From Promethearchaeia archaeon (GTDB lineage Archaea > Asgardarchaeota > Lokiarchaeia > Sigyniarchaeales > SOKP01), in NCBI GenBank assembly GCA_046497275.1, contig JAWOFX010000178.1, positions 1 through 12,779 on the forward strand: 12,779 bases of DNA, given 5' to 3'. Each line of letters begins with the position of its first letter. Position 1 is the first letter of the stretch. The position numbers were made by a program, and so were the translations under genes. This document shows, piece by piece, positions 5,920 to 12,779 of this stretch. The notes under the pieces are model-generated. The model searched no databases. It saw nothing but the letters and a program-made list of their open reading frames with translations, and had not been told where the DNA came from.

Positions 5920-6023
5920 GTAGTAATTTTGTGTGTCATAATAAAATTATTATATAAAGCATTCTAATTTTTATCCTTAATGATAATTTAGCGAGAATAA
6001 TTCAAATATTTAACCGTGATAAA

Positions 6024-7001
6024 ATGAAAGATTTTATAACGACTCAAGACTGGGAAAAATCGGAATTAGATAATTTATTGCGCAGAGCGGAGGATATGAA
6101 AAAGAATCCTAAAAAATACCAAAATCAATTAGATGGAAAATCAATATGTATGTTTTTCTATAATCCTTCCACTCGAACCCGTAATTCAACTCAAGTCGCC
6201 GCTTTCCAACTTGGAATGCATCCGATCTTTAATAGTATCAAGGATGCGTGGATAGGATATAAATCAGAATCAATTAAAGATACCGCTGTAGTTCTTTCCA
6301 GATATTATGACGTTATAGGTATTAGAATTTTTCCGAATGCTGTGAATTATATATATAAAGAAGGGAATCGAATCCTGCGTGAATTTGCTAATTGGTCTAA
6401 GGTTCCCATCATTAATTTTGAAGATGATATGTATCATCCTCTTCAAGCACTCACAGATATTTTTACCATGCAAGAAAAAAAGCAGAATCTTAAACACAAG
6501 AAAATAACAATTAGTTGGGCGTATCATCCAAAACCACTACCATTTAGCGTACCCAATTCTATTCTTCTTAATAGCACACGATATGGGATGGATGTAACCT
6601 TAACACATCCTAAACATTATAATTTAGATGATGAAATTATTCAGATGGCAAAAAAAAATACAGAAGAATCGAATGGTTCCCTTTCACTCTCGAATAATAT
6701 TGAAGAGGCATATTCAGATGCGGATATTGTGTATATAAAAAGTTGGGGTGCGAAAAAATTCTACACAGACGCGAAAAAAGAGAAAGAATTGCGATTACCT
6801 CACAGAGACAAATGGAGAATAAAATCAGAATATTTAGAGTATACTAAAAAAGATTCAATATTTATGCACTGCTTACCTATTAGGAGAAATATTGTTGCCG
6901 ACGATGATGCGATTGATGGTCCACATTCTGTAGTATATGATCAAGCAGAAAATAGATTATATACTATAAAATCTTTACTTTATGAATTATTAAAAGATTA
7001 A
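6024..7001 (+). CDS. argF': N-acyl-ornithine carbamoyltransferase (ArgF' type, AOTCase/SOTCase subfamily)
   Basis: STRT carbamoyl-phosphate motif, HPLQALTD and MHCLP. SWAYHPKPLPFSVPNS, KSWGA and HCLPIRRN are characteristic of the acetyl/succinyl-ornithine enzymes rather than classical OTC. Confidence 0.8.
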   Translation: MKDFITTQDWEKSELDNLLRRAEDMKKNPKKYQNQLDGKSICMFFYNPSTRTRNSTQVAAFQLGMHPIFNSIKDAWIGYKSESIKDTAVVLSRYYDVIGIRIFPNAVNYIYKEGNRILREFANWSKVPIINFEDDMYHPLQALTDIFTMQEKKQNLKHKKITISWAYHPKPLPFSVPNSILLNSTRYGMDVTLTHPKHYNLDDEIIQMAKKNTEESNGSLSLSNNIEEAYSDADIVYIKSWGAKKFYTDAKKEKELRLPHRDKWRIKSEYLEYTKKDSIFMHCLPIRRNIVADDDAIDGPHSVVYDQAENRLYTIKSLLYELLKD

Positions 7002-7030
7002 TTAGAAAAAGGATTCATTTTAATCTTTAT

Positions 7031-7609
7031 TTACTGTTCTCTTCCAGAAATAACCGCTTCAACTTCATATTCTCCAGAGTCTAATTTCTGACCATTTATG
7101 CTGGAGAATTGAAATGCGAAAGGTCTTCCAAATATCTCTTGGACCATTGGACCAAATGAACTTACAGTAAAAATAATAACTCGTTTCATCGTACTTTCGG
7201 CAAGTTCATCCACAGTTTTATTCTCTTCTCGATCTAATTCTAAATTGTTTATTATTCTCTTTATAGCATCAATTTCCCTTGGTTTAAATACATAAGTAAA
7301 ATTTAATTTAATATCCACAGGAGTAGGAGTCTCAATAGAATCAATATTCAATCCTCTCTTACGAAACGGAAATAAAGTATTGAAATAAAAGTTGAAAAAT
7401 TCTTCGTGATGATCCTTTAAAAATTGTGATACTTTTGATTGTTGCTGATAGTCAGGCCAATGCTCTTTCATTTTTTTAAGCAGACGCGGATAATTTTTGT
7501 ATTTTCTTTCCGCCTCTTCGATAAGTGAATTTTGCAATTGACTTTTCATTGGCTTAAATTCGCTTTCCTTGCCCACTCGTTCGACAAAGTTTTGAAATCT
7601 GATCGACAT
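7031..7609 (-). CDS. Hypothetical protein
   Basis: 192-aa ORF with natural composition filling the gap between flanking genes. No family recognised. Confidence 0.75.
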   Translation of the reverse strand: MSIRFQNFVERVGKESEFKPMKSQLQNSLIEEAERKYKNYPRLLKKMKEHWPDYQQQSKVSQFLKDHHEEFFNFYFNTLFPFRKRGLNIDSIETPTPVDIKLNFTYVFKPREIDAIKRIINNLELDREENKTVDELAESTMKRVIIFTVSSFGPMVQEIFGRPFAFQFSSINGQKLDSGEYEVEAVISGREQ

Positions 7610-7898
7610 AGTCCACGTAATATATATAGGTTATAAAAAGACTTATTATTTTCTATATTTATTTTTTGTTATATTATTTCAATAATATAAATTCGATTAT
7701 TTAATACTTTCAAGAACAGCAAATAATAGACCTATTATGATCATATATATTTCATAAATTCCTTATAATAGGATAAATTTGACTTCAGAGTAATTTATAT
7801 ATAGGCGGCTTAGAGAATAATTTTAAAAGCTTTTTGAAAATTTTATAATTTTAAAAAATAATAAATTAGTTAAAATAGACTTCAAATTTATATTTATT

Positions 7899-9095
7899 AT
7901 GAACCCTAAAAAAGTGGGATTAATCTATACAGACCAGTATTCAAAATACAATTTTGGTCCATCCCATCCGTTAAGACCTTTAAGATTAGAGCTTACCTAC
8001 AGTCTTATGGAAAAATTAGGGCTTCTTAATCATAAGAATTTAGAGATCTTTCAACCAAGACTTGCGACTAAGCAAGAAATTGCGAGAGTTCATTCCTCTG
8101 ATTATATTAATGTAGTCGAAAGATTAAGTAAGAATCCTAAGAACAAAGAAATTAAGCCTTTTATATATGGGTTAGGACCGGGAGATAATCCAATATTCGA
8201 AGGGATGTATGAAGCTTCCTCGTTAGTGTGCGGAGCAAGCATAAAAGCAGCTGAAACAGTTTGGGATAATGATGAATTTCATATTGCATTTAATCCCGCT
8301 GGAGGACTTCATCATGCTCAAAAAGATAAAGCATCGGGTTTCTGTATTTTTAATGATATCGCAGTAGCTATAAAACATCTTAAATCTTTAGATAAAGATA
8401 TTCGAATTGCATATTTAGATATTGATTGCCATCACGGGGATGGAGTTCAATGGCTTTTTTATGATGATCCGAATGTGTTAACTATTTCTCTTCATGAAAG
8501 TGGGAAATATTTATTTCCTGGCTCAGGAGGTACAGAGGAGACTGGGGCTGGCAAAGGAACAGGATACTCGATAAATTTTCCGTTGATTCCTGGAACCAAT
8601 AACAAGATGTATCTAAAAATCTTTTCTGAATGCATTCCAAAGATTCTTGAAAAATATCAGCCAGATATCTTAGCGACCCAATTAGGGGTTGATACGCATT
8701 TTAATGACCCGTTAACACAATTAGGAGTATCCATTAGATTACATAAAACATTAGCAAAAGAAATAAAAAATTATGCTGAAAAATACTGCAATAATAAATG
8801 GTTAGCATTTGGAGGTGGTGGCTATTTAATGACAGTAGTACCACGAGCATGGTCATTATTTTTGGCTCAAATGCTCGATGTTGATCTCCCTAATCATTTG
8901 CCTGATGAATGGATTGAAGAGGTTAGAAAAAAAGTTACATATGAAGAGACACCTCATGAATTATGGGATCACGACGATAAAATAGAAGTACAGTTGTTAT
9001 CACACCCCGAATTAGCCGCAAAGATGCATGATTATGTGAATAAGCTCATTGAAATTTGTCACGAGAAATATCTTCCTAATTTAAAGGGCCCTTAG
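7899..9095 (+). CDS. Zn-dependent histone deacetylase / AcuC-family deacetylase
   Basis: HPLRPLR, GGLHHA, GFCIFND, DIDCHHGDGVQ, SLHE, LFPGSG, GVDTHFNDPL and GGGGY motifs. Confidence 0.95.
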   Translation: MNPKKVGLIYTDQYSKYNFGPSHPLRPLRLELTYSLMEKLGLLNHKNLEIFQPRLATKQEIARVHSSDYINVVERLSKNPKNKEIKPFIYGLGPGDNPIFEGMYEASSLVCGASIKAAETVWDNDEFHIAFNPAGGLHHAQKDKASGFCIFNDIAVAIKHLKSLDKDIRIAYLDIDCHHGDGVQWLFYDDPNVLTISLHESGKYLFPGSGGTEETGAGKGTGYSINFPLIPGTNNKMYLKIFSECIPKILEKYQPDILATQLGVDTHFNDPLTQLGVSIRLHKTLAKEIKNYAEKYCNNKWLAFGGGGYLMTVVPRAWSLFLAQMLDVDLPNHLPDEWIEEVRKKVTYEETPHELWDHDDKIEVQLLSHPELAAKMHDYVNKLIEICHEKYLPNLKGP

Positions 9096-9101
9096 ACAGA
9101 T

Positions 9102-9878
9102 TTAAACGGCAATACTATTTTTTGAAATAATCCATTCATCAACTAGAAATGTTTGGGAAATATCTTTTTTTACTATAAAATTTGATTTAATGCTTGATTT
9201 TGGAATCCAGATTTCATTCCCTGACGTTAATTTTAATAATAAAGCCTTTTCTGTTTCCTTTTTAATATTGGCGATAACTTTTGAAACTTTTTCATTATTT
9301 TTGTTTGTCTTATGTGGATTACTACTTAGTGGCTCGATGGATTCTTCTACACGAATTTGACCTGGTAATTTTTGATTATAATTTGTGTTTTTCTTCTTCT
9401 GTGATTTGGAGATTTTTCCTGTTATCTTATTATTTGATTTTGATTGGTTTTTTTGTTTATTTGAGTCCGTTTCATTTGATGCAGTCGCAAATATTATTTT
9501 TTCTTCTAAAATATGAGTTAAAAGCAAACATAATATCTCGATTTGCGCGAAATCCAACATTTTTGAATATTCTCCGATATGAATCCATAATTTTTTGTTA
9601 TCATTTGGATCCCATGAAAATGAAATTTGAGTATTAATATCCTTAAATTTATGATAAGTTGACCAGGATTCTTCTTTTTTATTTAAGACTTGCAGAATCA
9701 TCACGATCTCTTCCATAGAGCATTTGATATTTTTTCCTTCTCCCTTAGAAGGCTTTTCCCACTTTCCATTTGACTTCTTCTTAATGCATTGAAAGAATAT
9801 TGACGGGTCTGATTTTGAAGAACTCTGAAGAATTAAGGCGGTTGATTGACCAAAAAAACTTTGATTATGATTATCCAT
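9102..9878 (-). CDS. Hypothetical two-domain protein with a low-complexity N/K/S/Q linker
   Basis: Globular N-terminal ~130 aa, a polar linker, and a small C-terminal domain containing ETEKALLL...EIWIPKS. Confidence 0.75.
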   Translation of the reverse strand: MDNHNQSFFGQSTALILQSSSKSDPSIFFQCIKKKSNGKWEKPSKGEGKNIKCSMEEIVMILQVLNKKEESWSTYHKFKDINTQISFSWDPNDNKKLWIHIGEYSKMLDFAQIEILCLLLTHILEEKIIFATASNETDSNKQKNQSKSNNKITGKISKSQKKKNTNYNQKLPGQIRVEESIEPLSSNPHKTNKNNEKVSKVIANIKKETEKALLLKLTSGNEIWIPKSSIKSNFIVKKDISQTFLVDEWIISKNSIAV

Positions 9879-9995
9879 CTTTTCCTCATAAATAGTAAAA
9901 CAAGATAATTTTTAAGATAAGAGAGATGGCAGATTTATTGAATTATCATCAATTAATTAAAGAAGCCCCAAGCTCTTAATAAAATCTTAAAAATA

Positions 9996-10370
9996 TTAAA
10001 ATGGTAAAGGAATCGAGAATACCGGAAAGAGACCAAATATTATTATTGATAATGCGATTAAAATAGGCAATAATCCTGCAAGGAGCCATATTCCGATTGC
10101 TTTTAAGAATCCCGTGTCATGACGACTTGAAATAAAAATCCATTGAAGAATAACTCCAAGTATTGGAATCCATCCTACAAGTGCCATCAAAAATGCGGTT
10201 AAAAATACAGATCCAAAGTTACTGTTTTCTGCTCCCACGATTTTTAAAGCGATATAGAGAAATAACGTCTCAAACAACAAAGCGAAAAATATTATTGCTA
10301 AAATGATTAAAATTATTGTAATCCATCCCAACCCGATAAACCAATCCCAAAATACTCCAAACGCTTCCAT
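9996..10370 (-). CDS. Small integral membrane protein
   Basis: 124 aa consisting almost entirely of 3-4 hydrophobic segments. Confidence 0.75.
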   Translation of the reverse strand: MEAFGVFWDWFIGLGWITIILIILAIIFFALLFETLFLYIALKIVGAENSNFGSVFLTAFLMALVGWIPILGVILQWIFISSRHDTGFLKAIGIWLLAGLLPILIALSIIIFGLFPVFSIPLPF

Positions 10371-10497
10371 TAATGTTCACTTAAACTCTAATATTTTTTA
10401 TTAATTTTTAACCTTTATTTAATCCATTGTTAATAAATTAAAAATTCAGCATGCTCAGAAGTATTTATATTATAATTGGGATCCACTAGTTTGGAAT

Positions 10498-11382
10498 ATG
10501 AGTTCCATGTCATTTAAAGGATCCCAAGCAGAATCTTTCTCTCATAAAGCGATCAAACGTCTCGTATTCAAATATATTACTTCCAATTGTCATGATATTA
10601 GAGAAAGTAGCCTGGAAAAACATTTTGGAACGAGAAGAGCTGATGTCTATTTCAGGTTACACTCTGGCGATGAAGTCGCTGTTGAGATTCAAAATTCTTA
10701 TATCACTGTAAAGGAGATAATTGATAGAAGTTCTGATTATACTAAAAAAGGAATCTTTATACTTTGGATCTTAAATGGGAAGGGAAACGCAGTTGGAAGC
10801 CCTAAAGAACCCAGAGACGGGAAGAACCTAAAAATTAGTCCTGTTGAACAGTTCTTGCACACTATTTATGGTGGAAGAGTATATTATGTAAATCTTAATC
10901 AATATTTTCATAAATTAACCATCACTCCTCCTTTTGCACTTCATTTTTCTCCCTCAGATAACATATCAGATAAAATATTTAGAGATAAATTTGACTATTA
11001 TTTTATCAAGAATGCAAATTATGTGCCTATTCCGAGTTGGGATATTGTTTGTACCCAATATAAGTTTAAGATCGCTCGATTTTATGATAAAAATGCTGTT
11101 AATATTCTAAATAATAAAATATTTCAATTCCTTCAGAAAAGCAAGCAAATAAAATGTGAAAATTGCTCAAAGAAGTTTAAATTTTTAAGAAGTTGTTCAA
11201 TAAATTCTGAATGTGATTTCCAACCATATCGAGGAAAAAAACTTATAAAGATGATTTTAAGCAAATTTAGATTCAGATACGGAGATTCAATAATATATGA
11301 TGCTCTACATAAATTATCCGATGAGAGAAGTATCCGAATATCCAAAAAATTAATTGAGGATCTATATCAAAAGTATTTTTAA
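10498..11382 (+). CDS. CoiA-like PD-(D/E)XK nuclease-domain protein
   Basis: H...K...E...RRADVY...VAVEIQNS matches the CoiA-type nuclease motif. A Cys cluster (CENC...C.....C) lies near the C-terminus. Confidence 0.7.
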   Translation: MSSMSFKGSQAESFSHKAIKRLVFKYITSNCHDIRESSLEKHFGTRRADVYFRLHSGDEVAVEIQNSYITVKEIIDRSSDYTKKGIFILWILNGKGNAVGSPKEPRDGKNLKISPVEQFLHTIYGGRVYYVNLNQYFHKLTITPPFALHFSPSDNISDKIFRDKFDYYFIKNANYVPIPSWDIVCTQYKFKIARFYDKNAVNILNNKIFQFLQKSKQIKCENCSKKFKFLRSCSINSECDFQPYRGKKLIKMILSKFRFRYGDSIIYDALHKLSDERSIRISKKLIEDLYQKYF

Positions 11383-11814
11383 AATGTTAAGATAACAACT
11401 TTCTAGTTAGAAAAAGAAATCTTTTTGGTTATTTTAGTTCATAATTTTAATCTTATTCATTTTAGTGGTCGTATATTTTCATGAGAATATCTTAATCACC
11501 CATGGATTCGATTTTCCTTTTAGTCCTATGAAAAGATAGGATTTATATATGAGTGTTTCTAATTAATAATATAAGGAAATCGGAAAACCATGATAAAAAA
11601 ATATATTCTTATACCTAAAGTCGATAAAATTCGGCTTAATACCTCAACCCTTAACCCTGTTATTAGATAAATACGTCTCCTCTTTTTTTCATTTTAAAGC
11701 GTCATGGGGTCCGATTTTCACTCTTTCTTTTTTCAAATCTTTTACGAATCAAATCTTCTTATTTTTAGCGATTAAATATTAAAGGTATTTTAAAAAAAGA
11801 GATTTATTTGTAAT

Positions 11815-12408
11815 TTATAAGAAGAGAGACGCAATAGCTATAGTAAGGAGAAGGAGAAGGAGACAAATTTGTATGAACGCACCAGTTACGATTGAATTAT
11901 CCTCTTTATTAATCCCGTGAAGAATTAAAAAACCAAACGCAACAATAAAAATAATTTCACTAATAATGGAATTGATGGTAAAGATTGTAGAGATCATCGT
12001 TACACTGAATCCTAATATAGATAATAGAATATTGATGTATTGAGTTGCTATGGCAAAAATATGACTTATAAGGATCAATTTTGCGCCGGTTAAAAAATGA
12101 GTTTCAAAATATTTCTTATTCTCATACGCGTATAATAACAAAGAAATACATCCTACGATCACAAGGATATTTATAATTATGTTCACAACTACAGAACCTA
12201 CGAATGAGTTATAGACTGGAATAAAGCTTGATAAAATCCTATTGAGAGATAATGCGATACCTATCAAAGCGAAAAGAATTAAAAACTCCGGGTTTTCTAT
12301 GTGTTTGCCTTGTTTTTTCGCTGAATTTATGAGTAAAAGGTAAAATAAAATCGAAATAAAAGACACTATTGCGGTAACGAATTGAATATTTATTAATTCA
12401 CTAATCAT
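11815..12408 (-). CDS. Multi-pass membrane hypothetical protein
   Basis: 197 aa with about six hydrophobic segments. Confidence 0.75.
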   Translation of the reverse strand: MISELINIQFVTAIVSFISILFYLLLINSAKKQGKHIENPEFLILFALIGIALSLNRILSSFIPVYNSFVGSVVVNIIINILVIVGCISLLLYAYENKKYFETHFLTGAKLILISHIFAIATQYINILLSILGFSVTMISTIFTINSIISEIIFIVAFGFLILHGINKEDNSIVTGAFIQICLLLLLLTIAIASLFL

Positions 12409-12668
12409 AGGATTTTCGCCGTTTTGGATGCATTTTTGAGTATTAATATTTTCTCAATTTTATTCTATTCCCTCTAATTTATAAAGATAAAGATCTTGAT
12501 GAGATTTGAAAGTGGATAAGGAATATAATAATTCTTTTCTAAAAAACCTACAATTCTTCTTGGAAAGATATTTTTGGAAATGATTTTCAGATTAAAAAAG
12601 AATTCATTAAGAAATAAATATTTTTATTATCCAAATACAAATTTAATGAAATTTTCTAATTATGTAAT

Positions 12669-12779
12669 ATGAGTCTTGAAATATTAAATAAAGTTAAAAA
12701 TCATAAGAAGTTTGATGAGCTAGATGCTCTCTTAGTGACAAAACCCGAAAACATTATATATCTTTTAGGATTTCGAATT
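12669..12779 (+). CDS. Probable Xaa-Pro aminopeptidase (M24), N-terminal creatinase-like domain (3' truncated)
   Basis: ATG 12669 is open to the window end: MSLEILNKVKNHKKFDELDALLVTKPENIIYLLGFRI. The LDALLVT.PEN..YL.GF pattern is typical of the M24B N-domain. Confidence 0.65.
   Translation, partial: MSLEILNKVKNHKKFDELDALLVTKPENIIYLLGFRI

Noticed and set aside
6270-6527. Minus-strand 85-aa ORF
   Set aside because: Antisense shadow of the carbamoyltransferase.
9281-9637. Plus-strand 118-aa ORF
   Set aside because: Antisense to the low-complexity region of 9102-9878; Phe/Leu-rich artefact.
11133-11345. Minus-strand 70-aa ORF
   Set aside because: Antisense shadow of the CoiA-like gene.
11383-11814. 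Long intergenic region with a weak repeat (catggattcgattttc / catggggtccgattttc), a short hairpin near 11523-11540 and a 26-codon ORF at 11590
   Set aside because: Too short and degenerate to exceed chance in AT-rich DNA; no RNA family recognised.
11843-11862. (AAGGAG)x3 tandem repeat
   Set aside because: It simply encodes a poly-Leu transmembrane stretch on the minus strand.
1-12779. CRISPR array, rRNA, IS transposase or integrase
   Set aside because: No regularly spaced repeats, rRNA-like segments or DDE/tyrosine-recombinase motifs were seen.

Overview
Strongly AT-rich archaeal DNA, most consistent with an Asgard (Lokiarchaeia-like) genome: ubiquitin-system E1 and E2 genes, an LRR remnant, and an archaeal C1-G72 tRNA-Tyr. 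Gene order: 3' part of an E1/ThiF-family enzyme (+), HAD hydrolase (-), free-standing GIY-YIG endonuclease-like gene (+), E2 ubiquitin-conjugating enzyme (-), tRNA-Tyr(GTA) with two introns (+), vapBC-type toxin-antitoxin pair (+), LRR pseudogene (-), PDCD5-like protein, ArgF'-type carbamoyltransferase, hypothetical, HDAC/AcuC deacetylase, hypotheticals, CoiA-like nuclease, and the start of an M24-type peptidase. Main discovery: the E2 gene, split by the ORF caller into two frames, is interrupted by a 32-nt insert (2991-3022, minus strand). The insert folds into a canonical archaeal bulge-helix-bulge motif. Cutting it by tRNA-endonuclease rules removes an in-frame stop and restores a complete 169-aa E2, so it looks like a tRNA-type intron in an mRNA. 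This intron and both introns of the neighbouring tRNA sit at the same GTAG^A site with AGA/AAA bulges. The E2 3' end is also duplicated around the adjacent GIY-YIG gene, suggesting a homing-endonuclease-linked element that targets E2. No homology searches or folding programs were run; all calls come from manual motif reading and base-pairing.
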